Assembly (NCBI GenBank): GCA_965216555.1
Contig: OZ244168.1
Location: forward strand, 80,601-144,600
Length of the DNA: 64,000 nucleotides
Direction: 5' to 3'
Source: Erythrobacter sp.
GTDB lineage: Bacteria; Pseudomonadota; Alphaproteobacteria; Sphingomonadales; Sphingomonadaceae
Shown: piece after piece, positions 29,200 to 40,052 of the stretch
Position numbering within the stretch: the first letter of the stretch is position 1
Layout: every line of letters starts with the position of its first letter
Translations under genes and position numbers: made by a program
Notes under the pieces: generated by a model
The model's input: the letters and a program-made list of their open reading frames with translations, nothing else
Database searches by the model: none
Told to the model about the DNA's origin: nothing

Positions 29200-30555
29200 A
29201 TGACGGTCGCTGATCAAGCCCATCGCAAGTCTTGCCACAAGCACTCGCTCGGCGCTCTGCTGCTCGCTGGCGCAGCCCTGGCTTCAAGCCCGGCGCTCGC
29301 GGCTGAGGTAAACGAAGACACAGCGCTCGATAACGAGGCATCAGCACTCCTCGAGAGCTCTGGCGAAGCAGAGGTCGTCGTTGCGACCTCGACCACAGTA
29401 CTGCAGGCTTCAGCCCAAGCCTCAGGTCAAGCGCCGGCCGCCCGCCCGCAACGCCCACCCCCGCCACCAACCGACGCAAAGCTGGTGGTCTCGCAATTTG
29501 TTGACGTGCCCGTCGCTGGCGATGCTGCGAGCACGGTGCGCTATAGCGGACGCGCTGATGCCTATATCAATCTGCGCGGCAGCACCTGGGGCACCGACGA
29601 CAGCTGGAACATCAATATCCGTCCCGAAATGAGCTGGGGTAAGGATTCCAACGGCGTGGTCGGGCTCATCCCCGGTAACACTGCGCTGTTCCGCCCTGAA
29701 GGTGGCGAAAATTTCGATCTTTCGCTGTCGATCAAGAAGACCTTCAATTCGGGCGCCAGCCTTGAGTTCGGCAAGATCAACGTGCTCGATATTTCGGGCG
29801 CACTCCCGATCGTTGGCAGCAATGGCCATTTCGGCTTTCAGAATCTTGGTCTGGCGCTGCCGCCCACCGCGGTCGTGCCCAACACGCTGACCGGCGCCAT
29901 GCTCGAAGTGCCGACCAAGAAGATGATCTATCGCCTGTGGGTGTTCGATCCGGACTCACAATATGGTCGCACGGGCTTTGAGACCGCGTTTGAAAGCGGT
30001 GTCGCGTTCATGGCCGCCGCCGCTCGCCGGACCCGTTTTGGTGGCAAGCCCGGAATCATCAACTTCGCGGTCGTTGGCTCGACCCGTTCAGGCCCTGCGG
30101 TCGATATTCTCCCAACCGCGCTTACCCCGCCGCCGGGCGGCAATTTCGGCAATGAGCAAAACGAGCTCGCGCTGCAGCTTTCGGCCTATCAATTCCTTGG
30201 TCTCTACCCCGAAGCGCCAGGCAAGGGCTGGGGTATTCTGGCGCGCTTCCAGGCGTCTGCCGGTGACCCGACCTTCCTCGACTATTCGGGTTATTTCGGC
30301 ATTTCGGGCAATCCCAGAAAGCGTCCGCAGGATCGCTTTGGTCTGGCCTATTTCCACTATTCGCTGACTGACGAGCTGGTCGACGACATCGCCTTCCGAC
30401 TTCCGATTGAGGATGAGCAGGGTGTCGAAGCGTTCTATACGCTCGGCTTCGCCAAGGGCTGGGAGCTGACGGCCAATGCGCAATTGGTCGATAGCGCGGT
30501 CGCCTTCCGCGACACGGGCGTTACCGTGGGCCTGAGGCTTTCAACGACGCTTTAG
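29200..30555 (+). CDS. OprB-family (carbohydrate-selective) porin
   Basis: Signal peptide; RYSGRADAYI, FGKINV...FQN, DRFGLAYF, EQGVEAFY...LTANAQLV, alternating C-terminal GLRLSTTL. Confidence 0.75.
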   Translation: MTVADQAHRKSCHKHSLGALLLAGAALASSPALAAEVNEDTALDNEASALLESSGEAEVVVATSTTVLQASAQASGQAPAARPQRPPPPPTDAKLVVSQFVDVPVAGDAASTVRYSGRADAYINLRGSTWGTDDSWNINIRPEMSWGKDSNGVVGLIPGNTALFRPEGGENFDLSLSIKKTFNSGASLEFGKINVLDISGALPIVGSNGHFGFQNLGLALPPTAVVPNTLTGAMLEVPTKKMIYRLWVFDPDSQYGRTGFETAFESGVAFMAAAARRTRFGGKPGIINFAVVGSTRSGPAVDILPTALTPPPGGNFGNEQNELALQLSAYQFLGLYPEAPGKGWGILARFQASAGDPTFLDYSGYFGISGNPRKRPQDRFGLAYFHYSLTDELVDDIAFRLPIEDEQGVEAFYTLGFAKGWELTANAQLVDSAVAFRDTGVTVGLRLSTTL

Positions 30556-30566
30556 GCAATCTGTGT

Positions 30567-31352
30567 TCAGGCCTGGCCGCGACCGCGCTGTTGGACGTTT
30601 ACGCGGCGCGCCTCGACCTGTTCGGGTGCGACTTTCGAATTTGCCGCGCTCGAACGCTCGGCTTCGATTTGCATGCCCTCGCCAAAGCTCGCGGCATATC
30701 CATCATCGATCAATTGCTTGTAATCTGACGCAAATTCGGGATCGATGCTGGCCATATCCGCCGCGAGTTGCCACGCAACTGGCAACAGCTCTTCGGGTTC
30801 GACCACGCGGTTGATCAGGCCCCAAGCCAGCGCCATCTCCGCGTCGATAAAGTTGCCAGTGAACGCCATTTCTTTGGCGCGGCTGATACCGATCATGCGG
30901 CTCAGCTTCTGAGAGAGCCCCCAGCCCGGCACAATCCCGACCCGGGCATGCGTGTCTGCAAAGCGAGCATTGGTGCTGCCAATCAAGACATCGCAAGCCA
31001 GAGCGACTTCGAACCCGCCAGTGATTGCGACCCCATTGATCGCTCCTATCACGGGTTTGCGGCAGACTTCGATGGCCTTGACCGGATTGTCCGACGGATC
31101 TTTCGCATTGGCTGCGCCCAGTGCGCTGGCATCGCTGCCCAGCTCCTTGAGATCGAGCCCGGCCGTGAATGCGCGCTCTCCTGCTCCAGTCAATATCACC
31201 GCATGAACTGCAGGATCCTCATCGACTTGCTTCATCACCTCATAGAGACGCGCGCGCAGTTCGCGGCTGATCGCATTCATGGCATGCGGACGATTGAGCG
31301 TGACCAAGGCCACGTTGTGTTTGATTTCGAGCAAGACAGTTTCGCTGGGCAT
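30567..31352 (-). CDS. Enoyl-CoA hydratase/isomerase (crotonase family)
   Basis: LNRPHAMNA, AFTAGLDLKE, ITGGFEVALACD, FADTHARVG; start at 31352. Confidence 0.92.
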   Translation of the reverse strand: MPSETVLLEIKHNVALVTLNRPHAMNAISRELRARLYEVMKQVDEDPAVHAVILTGAGERAFTAGLDLKELGSDASALGAANAKDPSDNPVKAIEVCRKPVIGAINGVAITGGFEVALACDVLIGSTNARFADTHARVGIVPGWGLSQKLSRMIGISRAKEMAFTGNFIDAEMALAWGLINRVVEPEELLPVAWQLAADMASIDPEFASDYKQLIDDGYAASFGEGMQIEAERSSAANSKVAPEQVEARRVNVQQRGRGQA

Positions 31353-31362
31353 GCAATCCCTC

Positions 31363-31698
31363 CTAATCGCGCGCTGATGCGCATTTGACGCAAGTCGGCA
31401 CGCTGGGATCATGCTGCAAGCGCGCGGGGGCGATCTCCTCCCCGCATTGCACGCAATAGCCCCATTCACCTTCATCGATCCTCTCTAGCGCAGCAGCAAT
31501 CCGCGCTCGTTCGGTCGCGCGGCGGCGTTCCTGCGCTTGTGCCATCGCCTGCTGTTGCATCGCGTCCATCCGCGACAATCGCCCCACGCTGTCTTGTTGC
31601 AAGGTTACCGGCTCGCGCCCTTCGGCGCTGATCCGGTCCTCTTCATCCAGCTCGGTCTGGCGCGCCAGCAGCGCTGAGCGGGCTTCGTCTTCGGTCAT
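31363..31698 (-). CDS. TraR/DksA C4 zinc-finger protein
   Basis: DSVGRLSRMD coiled-coil tip; CVQC...CVKC. Confidence 0.9.
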   Translation of the reverse strand: MTEDEARSALLARQTELDEEDRISAEGREPVTLQQDSVGRLSRMDAMQQQAMAQAQERRRATERARIAAALERIDEGEWGYCVQCGEEIAPARLQHDPSVPTCVKCASARD

Positions 31699-33191
31699 TC
31701 TTCGAGCGGGCGGGCAAAGTAGGTGCGATTGCCATGCTGCTCGTAATGCGAGATCGATCCATCCTCATTGCGGTGGAATGTAATCACTTCGCGCTCTTCT
31801 CCGGAATCGGTCACAATCTGGAACTGGTCGTTGCCGATCGGTTTGCCACGCCCATAGGAATAGGGCTCGTCATAGCTCACATCGAAGGTCTTCAACCCGC
31901 CGGCCCAAGGGACGATGACGAATTCGCGACCCCAAGGCTGAGCCACGTAATAGCCAGCATAGTCACTGAGATCGATCGCTTCGCCCTCGGGTGCGTCAAA
32001 GTCGCCTGCCCCCATGCGCGTTCCAAGCAGTTCGCCAACCTCGCGCGCGAGACGGCCGGCATTTTCCGGCGTGTTCATAGCAACAGCGATCGCCAGTTCA
32101 TTGTCCATGCTGATCATCAGGCTGCTGCGATAGCCCGGGCAAAACCCGCCATGCCCAACGATCGTCTGTCCGTCGCTGACATAGTTCGCGAATCCCAAGC
32201 CCCAGGACGTCTCGCGATCGGGCGTGATGTAGTGAACACGCTGCATCTCGCGCAGGGTTGAGGCGCGCAAGATCTCTGCTTCGCCATCGCGCGCGAGCCG
32301 AAATTGCCATGACGCAAATTTGGCGAGATCATTGACGGTGGAGCTGAATCCAGCCGCCGGATTGATGCCGCGTGCATCGAACAATTGGACCGCTGGCCGC
32401 GACCCATCATCAAGCCGTGCGCCCCAGCCGACTGCCATCTCGGTGCCATGCTTGTCAGCCTGGATAAACGGACGTGTGCTGTCCATTTCAAGCGGATCAA
32501 GGATATTGGCGCTGACATAGTCGCCATAGGGCTGGCCCGTGACGGCTTCGACTGCCTCGCCAACCAAGGTCAGCCCAAGATTCGAATATTGGAAGGTTGT
32601 CGAGGCTGGATAGAGCGGCGATTGGCCCGCCATGCCCTCGCGGATTGCCGCCTGGCTCGGGAACGGGAAATCAGGCCCGGTCCAATAGGGATGCGCGGAT
32701 TCGCGCGGCAGGCCAGCCGAATGGGTCAGCAGCCCGCGCATCGTGATCGGAACACTTTCGCGATCATCGGGCGCCAATTGCGCCCAAGGCAGATAGGTCG
32801 TCACCTCTTCGTCGAGGCGAACCGTGCCTTTCTCCCATTCCTGCATGAAGGCGATGGCGGTGAAGAGCTTGGATATCGAGCACACCGAATAGATAGTGTC
32901 GGCATTGGCAGGGATGGTTCGATTGCGATCAATGTGCCCATAGCCGTTTGACCACATTGTCTGGTCGCCTTTGACCACCGCAATCGAAAGCGCTGGAATA
33001 TTGTGCCGCACCTGCATCTTGCCCAGCCAGATATCGGCCACGCGCAGCGCCTCTTGCGGAGCCATCATGTCGCTGTTGTCCGCAGCTTGCTCCGTATCAG
33101 CACCGTGATCATCCGCGAGCGTGGGGGCAGGAATGAGCGCGAAGCACGATCCCGCCGCCAATGCCAAACTCAATGCCCTGATTCGACGCAT
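31695..33191 (-). CDS. Secreted serine hydrolase (class C beta-lactamase/AmpC-like family) with C-terminal extension
   Basis: SD GGAGG then ATG at 33191, signal peptide; SISK (SxxK), YSN, HGG. Confidence 0.9.
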   Translation of the reverse strand: MRRIRALSLALAAGSCFALIPAPTLADDHGADTEQAADNSDMMAPQEALRVADIWLGKMQVRHNIPALSIAVVKGDQTMWSNGYGHIDRNRTIPANADTIYSVCSISKLFTAIAFMQEWEKGTVRLDEEVTTYLPWAQLAPDDRESVPITMRGLLTHSAGLPRESAHPYWTGPDFPFPSQAAIREGMAGQSPLYPASTTFQYSNLGLTLVGEAVEAVTGQPYGDYVSANILDPLEMDSTRPFIQADKHGTEMAVGWGARLDDGSRPAVQLFDARGINPAAGFSSTVNDLAKFASWQFRLARDGEAEILRASTLREMQRVHYITPDRETSWGLGFANYVSDGQTIVGHGGFCPGYRSSLMISMDNELAIAVAMNTPENAGRLAREVGELLGTRMGAGDFDAPEGEAIDLSDYAGYYVAQPWGREFVIVPWAGGLKTFDVSYDEPYSYGRGKPIGNDQFQIVTDSGEEREVITFHRNEDGSISHYEQHGNRTYFARPLEE

Positions 33192-33259
33192 TCCAACCTC
33201 CCTGACCAATTGGTTTGGACTATGCCCGGATGTTGCCCAAGCGCCAAATATTGTGTGGG

Positions 33260-33946
33260 TCAGAGTGCCCAATCCACGGGCTGAGCCCCTTGTTCTGCCA
33301 AAAACGCATTGGCCTGGCTGAACGGTTTTGAACCAAAGAAACCCGAATGCGCCGAGAGCGGGCTGGGGTGGACACTCGTCAAAACGAGATGCTGATCGCT
33401 TTTGCCCAAAGCCGCGACTCTGCCGGCCTTCTTGCGCGCATGACTGCCCCAAAGAATGAAGACGACCGGACCGCCGCGCTCGGCCACCGCGGCGACCGCT
33501 GCATCGGTGATCGCGTCCCAACCCTTGCCCGCATGGCTGCCTGCCTGGCCAGCTTGCACAGTCAGCGTGTTGTTGAGCAGCAGCACGCCCTGTTCGGCCC
33601 AACCAACCAGGCTTCCGCTCTCTGGCGCAGACACGCCCAGATCGCTCTCAAGCTCCTTGAAGATGTTGCGGAGCGACGGGGGGTGTTTGACCCCATCAGG
33701 CACCGAAAAGCTCAATCCATGGGCTTGTCCGGGCCCGTGATAGGGATCCTGCCCCAAAATAACGACTTTGACCTGTTCGAGAGGCGTTGCGGCCAGCGCA
33801 GCCAGGCGCTGGCCTCGCGGTGGGTAGATTTCCTTCCCTGCCTGCTCTTCCGCCCGCAGCCATCCGCCCAGCCGTCGCGCCTCAGGAGTTGCGAGCACTG
33901 GCTCGAGCGCAGCTTGCCAGCTTTGTGGGATCGCATCCTGGGTCAT
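33260..33946 (-). CDS. ung: Uracil-DNA glycosylase (family 1)
   Basis: GQDPYHG, PPSLRNI, VLLLN, HPSPLSA; start at 33946. Confidence 0.96.
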   Translation of the reverse strand: MTQDAIPQSWQAALEPVLATPEARRLGGWLRAEEQAGKEIYPPRGQRLAALAATPLEQVKVVILGQDPYHGPGQAHGLSFSVPDGVKHPPSLRNIFKELESDLGVSAPESGSLVGWAEQGVLLLNNTLTVQAGQAGSHAGKGWDAITDAAVAAVAERGGPVVFILWGSHARKKAGRVAALGKSDQHLVLTSVHPSPLSAHSGFFGSKPFSQANAFLAEQGAQPVDWAL

Positions 33947-34029
33947 GGGCGGCAGCCTAAGTAGATCGACGATCTTGCGCCATGTCCCCTTTCCCTCTTT
34001 CCCCAATCGGCCTAAGGCATGCAGCCAAT

Positions 34030-34647
34030 ATGGCTGTACATTTTCACGAAGAAGACTTGCCCGCAGACGCGCTCGGTGAAGGCCCGGTCGCCGTCGATAC
34101 CGAAACCATGGGTTTGATCACCCCACGCGACCGGCTTTGCCTGGTTCAGATCAGCGACGGCAATGGCGATGAGCATCTGGTGCGATTTGGCCCGGAAAGC
34201 ACGTTTGATGCGCCCAATCTGAAGCAAGTGCTGAGCGATCCGAACCGCCTCAAACTGTATCATTTTGCGCGCTTCGATCTGGCGGCGATCGAATATTATC
34301 TCGGGGTTATGGCCGCGCCGGTATTTTGCACCAAGATCGCCAGCAAGCTGGTGCGCACTTACACGGATCGGCATGGCCTCAAGAATATCGTCAGCGAGCT
34401 GCTGGGCTCCGACATATCCAAACAGCAGCAAAGTTCTGATTGGGGCGGGCCAGTGCTCAATGATGCACAGCGTGAATACGCTGCGTCAGATGTTCGCTTC
34501 CTGCACAAATTGCGCGAGGAGCTTATTGTTCGGCTGGAACGTGAAGGACGGATGGAAATGGCGCAAGCCTGCTTCGATTTCCTGCCGACGCGGGCGCGGC
34601 TCGACATTGCGGGCTGGGCGGATCACGACATCTTCAGCCACCAATAA
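34030..34647 (+). CDS. rnd: Ribonuclease D-like 3'-5' exonuclease
   Basis: AVDTET, RLCLVQI, HFARFD, CTKIASK, YAASDV (DEDDy). Confidence 0.9.
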   Translation: MAVHFHEEDLPADALGEGPVAVDTETMGLITPRDRLCLVQISDGNGDEHLVRFGPESTFDAPNLKQVLSDPNRLKLYHFARFDLAAIEYYLGVMAAPVFCTKIASKLVRTYTDRHGLKNIVSELLGSDISKQQQSSDWGGPVLNDAQREYAASDVRFLHKLREELIVRLEREGRMEMAQACFDFLPTRARLDIAGWADHDIFSHQ

Positions 34648-34674
34648 GGTTGCGGGGCGTAGGGCAGCATAGCC

Positions 34675-35340
34675 ATGGGAATGAAGCGTAGAATTGAGAC
34701 ACAGGAGGCAAAGGCGCTGCGCAGCAAGCGCCAGCACTTCGCTGCCCCTGGTGGATCGCATGATCGCTTGATCCATTTCCTCGCGCGCGCTCTGCCAATC
34801 GGCATCGGTATTGTCGCCGCCTTGATGGTGATCACGCCCTTGAGTCCGCGGGGCGAGGTATCGTTCCTGTTGGACCGCAACAAGGTGGCTATGATCAGCG
34901 AACGGTTGAGTGTCGATAACGCCATGTATCGCGGGCGCGATGACAAGGGACGGCCATTCTCGCTGACTGCCGGCGAGGCGGTGCAGCGTTCAAGCGACGA
35001 GGGGATTGTGCGCATGCAAGATCTCATCGCGCAATTGCTGCTCGATGACGGGCCGGCCAGGCTGACCGCCGATGCAGGCGCCTATGCAATCAATGATGAG
35101 GTGGTCGACGTAGTTGGTCCGGTGCGGATGATCGCCGCCGACGGATATCAGCTCGAAGCAACCGGTGTCTCGGTCAATCTTGAATCGCGAACTATGTCCG
35201 GCGATGAAGGGGTCAGCGGCTCTGTGCCTGCAGGCACGTTCTCCGCCAACGCGATCAGCGCTGATCTTTCCGCGCGCACGATCACCTTGATCGGCAATGC
35301 ACAATTATCGATGGTCCCTGGTGAATTGAGGATGCCATGA
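34675..35340 (+). CDS. lptC: LPS export protein LptC
   Basis: Single TM then YRGRDDKGRPFSLTA beta-jellyroll; coupled to lptA. Confidence 0.85.
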   Translation: MGMKRRIETQEAKALRSKRQHFAAPGGSHDRLIHFLARALPIGIGIVAALMVITPLSPRGEVSFLLDRNKVAMISERLSVDNAMYRGRDDKGRPFSLTAGEAVQRSSDEGIVRMQDLIAQLLLDDGPARLTADAGAYAINDEVVDVVGPVRMIAADGYQLEATGVSVNLESRTMSGDEGVSGSVPAGTFSANAISADLSARTITLIGNAQLSMVPGELRMP

Positions 35341-35945
35341 CACAGCACGAGCAACGCATGTCTTTGACCAAAACCGCCTTTCGCTCTGGATTGGCCGCTT
35401 TCGCCATTTCGCTGGTGGCGTTGGGCGGGGTCGAGTTCGGTCTCGCGCAATCGCAAGCCCAGGCAATCGCCGCACACAATTCGCGCGCACCGGTCAACTT
35501 CGATGCCGGGCGGATCGAGCTGCAAGACCGCGAAAACCGGGTGGCATTGTCAGGCCAGGTGGTCGTGACTCAGGCCGGGCTGACGGTCAGCTCTGATCGC
35601 ATGCTGGTGAATTACACCGACGCAGAGTCACTTAATGTCCAGCGCATCACAGCGACCGGCGGAGTGACAGTCAGTCGCGGCAATGAGCGTGCGCGTGGCG
35701 ATGTCGCGATTTACGACTTTGATCGGCGTATCATCACCATGGCCGGCAATGTCAGCCTCAGCCGCGGCACTGACACGCTCAATGGCGGACGGCTTGTGAT
35801 TGACTTGCAGAGCGGTCTTTCAAGCGTTGATGGCAATCGCATGCCGGGGAACCAACTCAACACCGGAACGCCTGGTTCCGATGGTCGCGTCACCGGTACA
35901 TTCTCGGTGCCTCAAGGCGACGACGAAGATAGCGAAAACGAGTAG
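35337..35945 (+). CDS. lptA: LPS export periplasmic protein LptA/OstA
   Basis: Signal peptide; APVNFDAG, SGQVVVTQAG, ATGGVTV, GNVSLSRGTDTLNGGRLVIDL. Confidence 0.9.
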   Translation: MTQHEQRMSLTKTAFRSGLAAFAISLVALGGVEFGLAQSQAQAIAAHNSRAPVNFDAGRIELQDRENRVALSGQVVVTQAGLTVSSDRMLVNYTDAESLNVQRITATGGVTVSRGNERARGDVAIYDFDRRIITMAGNVSLSRGTDTLNGGRLVIDLQSGLSSVDGNRMPGNQLNTGTPGSDGRVTGTFSVPQGDDEDSENE

Positions 35946-35947
35946 GT

Positions 35948-36988
35948 CTATCGGCGCGCGGCAAAGCGCGCGATTTCGGTGAGACCCTGCGCGAGCAACA
36001 GATCAGCCGCCTGGCTGTTTGCGAGAAGGCTGCGATGCATCTCAACCAATCGCGGTAAAAGCCGATCAAGTTTGCGGCGATGCCAACGGGAAAGTTGATT
36101 TCGAATATCGCGTTCTTCACGCCAAAAAATGCCAAGTTGAGCTTTTTCGCCCTTACCGAGATTGTCGAGTGAGCCGCGCGGGCCGAGCTTGGCGATGATT
36201 TTCGCAAGTTGCGACGCGCGGCGCTCAATCGCCAGCAACAGCCCGACCGGATTGAGCCCAAGCTCACGCATGCGGTGAATCTCGCGGTCGAGCCGACCCA
36301 GCTCGCCGCTCATCACCGCGTTCACAATCGGCTGAAACCCGTCCTCTTCGGTCGCCGCGCCGATCTCCGCAAAATCCTCAACACTGGCCGCTTTGGGCGA
36401 TTGCGGATCGGCATCACAATAGGTCGCCAGCTTGGTCACCTCTGACTGCGCCAGGCGGACATCCAGCCCGCTGGCCCGCGCAATCCGCTCCGCCAAATCG
36501 CCGCCCAACCGCAGCCCAGCCGCATCAGCCATAGCGCGCACCGAATGCGCCACCGAAGCAAGATCGGGCGGATAGAACATCGCCACCAACGCATCCTTGC
36601 GCTTCTCAAGCAGCTTCGCCGTGCGCGCTTTGTCGGTCGCAGAAGTCGCGACAATCACAATCGGAGCCGCATCCGCCGCACCCGCTTCGCTGGTCTCCAG
36701 CACCGCCTTGATCGCATCATGTGCTTCGTCGCCAGTGGCGCGCACGAATATGTGACGCGAATCCCCAAACAGCGAGCTGGTCCGCGCTTCATCGCCCAGC
36801 ATGGCCGGATCGCGCCGCAAATCTCCACCCGAAAGCTCTACCTTCTCGCCCGCATCCGGAAGGTTCTCGATCACTTTTTGCGCGGCCGCAGAGGCACCCG
36901 CTTCATCAGGACCGCAAAAGAAGAATATCGATGATTGGGCCACCGATGAGGGCAGGCCCCGGGCAAAATCGCGTTGCGTCGCCTTCAC
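35948..36988 (-). CDS. holA: DNA polymerase III delta subunit
   Basis: FFCGPDE, SSLFG, SEVTKLATY; canonical leuS-lptE-holA context. Confidence 0.88.
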   Translation of the reverse strand: MKATQRDFARGLPSSVAQSSIFFFCGPDEAGASAAAQKVIENLPDAGEKVELSGGDLRRDPAMLGDEARTSSLFGDSRHIFVRATGDEAHDAIKAVLETSEAGAADAAPIVIVATSATDKARTAKLLEKRKDALVAMFYPPDLASVAHSVRAMADAAGLRLGGDLAERIARASGLDVRLAQSEVTKLATYCDADPQSPKAASVEDFAEIGAATEEDGFQPIVNAVMSGELGRLDREIHRMRELGLNPVGLLLAIERRASQLAKIIAKLGPRGSLDNLGKGEKAQLGIFWREERDIRNQLSRWHRRKLDRLLPRLVEMHRSLLANSQAADLLLAQGLTEIARFAARR

Positions 36989-37491
36989 TGACCTGCCTGT
37001 TCGGCTTCGCGCTCTCGCAATGCCAGCGCGATCCGCGTCACCATCCGGTCCGCCACTTCGAGCGCCAGGTTTTCTAGCGCGGTCTGTTCAGCCGCGATTG
37101 TGGCATATTCGCTCGAGACCACATCGATACCGGCATCAGCGCCCGCCGTTGCGTCGAGCAGGATGTCGTCATTGGTCAGATCGATCAGCTGATAGCGCGC
37201 GCGCAAGATCCGCCGTTCGCGGCTGATCGTATCATCGTTGAGGACGCCCAGGGCTTCGAGCGCATCGTCGATCCGCACGTCGAGCCGATAGCGCGGCGTT
37301 GTCGTCCCCGCGATACCCAGCCGGTCTTCGAGCGCGCCCCGCAGCAACCAGCCGCCGCGACCAGGAATATCGGACACCTGCACGCCTGAGAGACCCTGTG
37401 CAATCGCTGCATTGCCACCGCCCGAATAGAGCGGCTGGAGGCCGCAACCGGTCAGCGCCAAAGTGGCGAGCAAGGCGAGCAGGACACGCAT
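36985..37491 (-). CDS. lptE: LPS assembly lipoprotein LptE
   Basis: Lipobox LTGC-GLQPLY, YRLDV, SSEYAT; between leuS and holA. Confidence 0.9.
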   Translation of the reverse strand: MRVLLALLATLALTGCGLQPLYSGGGNAAIAQGLSGVQVSDIPGRGGWLLRGALEDRLGIAGTTTPRYRLDVRIDDALEALGVLNDDTISRERRILRARYQLIDLTNDDILLDATAGADAGIDVVSSEYATIAAEQTALENLALEVADRMVTRIALALREREAEQAGQ

Positions 37492-40028
37492 CAGGTTACA
37501 ATATTGACCAATCGATCAGGCACAACGATCACTTTGCGAATTTCGGCACCATCAAGCGAACGCTGAACCTTCTCGCTGGCAAGTGCAAGCGCTTCGAGAT
37601 CTTCTTTCGATGCCCCCTTGGGCGCAGTCAAAGTATCGCGCAGCTTGCCCTTGTGCTGGATCGCGATGGTGACTTCGTCGTCGACCAACAGCGCCGGGTC
37701 CACTTCGGGCCAGCTGTCTTCTGCCACCAGCCCGGCACCGATGAAGAACTTTTCACGCGCCTCTTCGGCCAGATGCGGCATCATCGGCGAAACCAGCAGC
37801 AGCAATTTTGCAATCGCGGCATTGCGGCTGGTCGAATAGTCGGCCTTCTCGATCGCCGCGGTCAATTCATAGATCCGCGCGACCGCCTTGTTGAAAGCAA
37901 GCGCTTCGATGTCTTCAGCAACCGCCGCGACTGTCTGATGCGCTTTGCGATCGAGCTGCTTGTCTTCGATCGTGTCAGCGCCCGCGCCGCCAGCACCTGA
38001 TTGCGCGAACAGACGCCACAAGCGTTGGACAAAGCGGCCGCAGCCTTCGATTCCGCTTTCCGACCATGGCAGGTCGCGCTCGGGCGGACTGTCGGACAGC
38101 ATGAACCAACGCACTGCATCGGCGCCGTATTGATCGATGATATTGTCCGGATCGACGACATTCTTCTTCGATTTGGACATCTTGACCACGCGGCCAATAT
38201 CGATTGGCAGGCCTGACGAGATTTCGATCGGCTGCTCGCCGCTCAGATCAACCTCATCCGGCCCCAGCCAGTATTGCTTGCCGTCCTGTTCCTGGCGCGA
38301 ATAGGTCTCATGCGTGACCATGCCCTGCGTGAACAAGGAGGCGAACGGCTCCTTCACATCGAGCTTGCCGATATGCGCCATGGCCCGGGTCCAGAACCGG
38401 GCATAGAGAAGATGCAGGATCGCGTGCTCGATCCCGCCAATATAATGCTCCACCGGCATCCATTTTGCGATCTCTTCGGGATCGAATGGCGCATCGTCCG
38501 GCTGCGACGCGAAACGCAGGAAATACCAGCTTGAATTGACAAAGGTGTCGAGCGTGTCGGTCTCGCGCAGCGCTGGTTTGCCACTGATTGGGCAAGTCGT
38601 GTGCTTCCAGGTCGGGTGCCGTTCGAGCGGATTGCCCGGCATGTCGAAATCGATGTCGTCAGGCAGCTCAACCGGGAGCTGGTCCTTGGGCACCGGCACC
38701 GGCCCGTGATCCGGGCTGTGAATGATCGGGATCGGCGTGCCCCAATAGCGCTGGCGCGATATGCCCCAATCGCGCAACCGCCACACAGTGGTGCCCTTGC
38801 CCCAATTGCCGGATTCGGCGCGCTCGATCACCGCGGCCTTGGCGTCTTCCACGCTCATGCCATCAAGGAAATCGGAATTGACGATCACGCCGTCACCGGG
38901 TTCCGCCTCATCACCCATCGGCGCATCGGCCTGACTGATGTCGCTGGCGACCACGCGGGTGATCGGCTGTTCGTATTTGGTCGCGAATTCAAAGTCGCGC
39001 TGGTCATGGCCCGGCACGCCCATCACTGCGCCGGTGCCGTAATCCATCAGCACGAAATTGGCGATGAAGACCGGCATCGCTTGGCCGGTGAAGGGATGCT
39101 TGGCGGTGACGCCCGTGTCATAGCCCAGCTTTTCGGCAGTCTCGAGCTCAGCAGCGGTGGTGCCGCCGCGCTTGCATTCTTCGATGAAGTCCGCCGCCTT
39201 GGCGTCATCCTGTGCGACCGATTGCGCCAGCGGGTGATCCGCCGCAACCGCGCAGAAACTGGCCCCGAAAATGGTGTCAGGCCGGGTGGTGTAGACGGGC
39301 AGATTGTCGCCATTGGACAGGTCGAAGGCGAATTCGAGCCCTGAGGATTTGCCGATCCAGTTTTCCTGCATCAGGCGAACCTTTTCAGGCCAATCCTTGA
39401 GCGCGCTCAGCCCCTCAAGCAGATCATCGGCAAAATCGGTGATCTTCAGGAACCATTGATCAAGCTTGCGCTTTTCGACTTCGGCGCCCGAGCGCCAGCC
39501 CTTGCCATCGATCACCTGCTCATTGGCGAGCACGGTCATATCGACCGGGTCCCAGTTCACTTCGCTCTGGCGACGATAGACCAGGCCGGCCTCGTAGAGA
39601 TCGATGAACAGCGCCTGTTCGTGCCCGTAATAATCGGGTTCGCAGGTCGCCAATTCGCGCGACCAGTCGAGCGCAAAGCCAATGCGCTTGAGCTGGGCTT
39701 TCATGGTTGCAATGTTTTGCCGGGTCCACTCGCCCGGATGCACGCCCTTTTCCATCGCGGCATTCTCTGCCGGCATGCCAAAGGCGTCCCACCCCATCGG
39801 GTGCAGGACTTCGTGGCCGCGCATGCTTTTGTAGCGCGCCAGCACATCGCCCATCGTGTAGTTGCGGACATGGCCCATATGGATGCGCCCCGATGGATAG
39901 GGGAACATCTCGAGCACATAGCTCTTGGGCTTGGGGCTCGCACTGTCAGCGGTGAATGTGCCCGCTTCTTCCCATGCGCGCTGCCAGCGCCCGTCGGCGG
40001 TGGACGGATCGAATCGCGTTTCGGTCAT
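37491..40028 (-). CDS. leuS: Leucine--tRNA ligase
   Basis: MFPYPSG, HMGH (HIGH), [15 protein letters not shown] editing domain, KMSKS. Confidence 0.98.
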   Translation of the reverse strand: MTETRFDPSTADGRWQRAWEEAGTFTADSASPKPKSYVLEMFPYPSGRIHMGHVRNYTMGDVLARYKSMRGHEVLHPMGWDAFGMPAENAAMEKGVHPGEWTRQNIATMKAQLKRIGFALDWSRELATCEPDYYGHEQALFIDLYEAGLVYRRQSEVNWDPVDMTVLANEQVIDGKGWRSGAEVEKRKLDQWFLKITDFADDLLEGLSALKDWPEKVRLMQENWIGKSSGLEFAFDLSNGDNLPVYTTRPDTIFGASFCAVAADHPLAQSVAQDDAKAADFIEECKRGGTTAAELETAEKLGYDTGVTAKHPFTGQAMPVFIANFVLMDYGTGAVMGVPGHDQRDFEFATKYEQPITRVVASDISQADAPMGDEAEPGDGVIVNSDFLDGMSVEDAKAAVIERAESGNWGKGTTVWRLRDWGISRQRYWGTPIPIIHSPDHGPVPVPKDQLPVELPDDIDFDMPGNPLERHPTWKHTTCPISGKPALRETDTLDTFVNSSWYFLRFASQPDDAPFDPEEIAKWMPVEHYIGGIEHAILHLLYARFWTRAMAHIGKLDVKEPFASLFTQGMVTHETYSRQEQDGKQYWLGPDEVDLSGEQPIEISSGLPIDIGRVVKMSKSKKNVVDPDNIIDQYGADAVRWFMLSDSPPERDLPWSESGIEGCGRFVQRLWRLFAQSGAGGAGADTIEDKQLDRKAHQTVAAVAEDIEALAFNKAVARIYELTAAIEKADYSTSRNAAIAKLLLLVSPMMPHLAEEAREKFFIGAGLVAEDSWPEVDPALLVDDEVTIAIQHKGKLRDTLTAPKGASKEDLEALALASEKVQRSLDGAEIRKVIVVPDRLVNIVT

Positions 40029-40052
40029 GATAGTCCCGCTAGGACGATTGCG

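Noticed and set aside
31695-33191. Calling the serine hydrolase a true beta-lactamase / resistance gene
   Set aside because: SxxK, YxN and HGG motifs are shared with many esterases and peptidases; there is no mobile context or ampR neighbour.
33947-35945. Absence of kdsD and lptB around lptC-lptA
   Set aside because: Split lpt loci are common in this lineage as far as I know; absence from one window is not informative.
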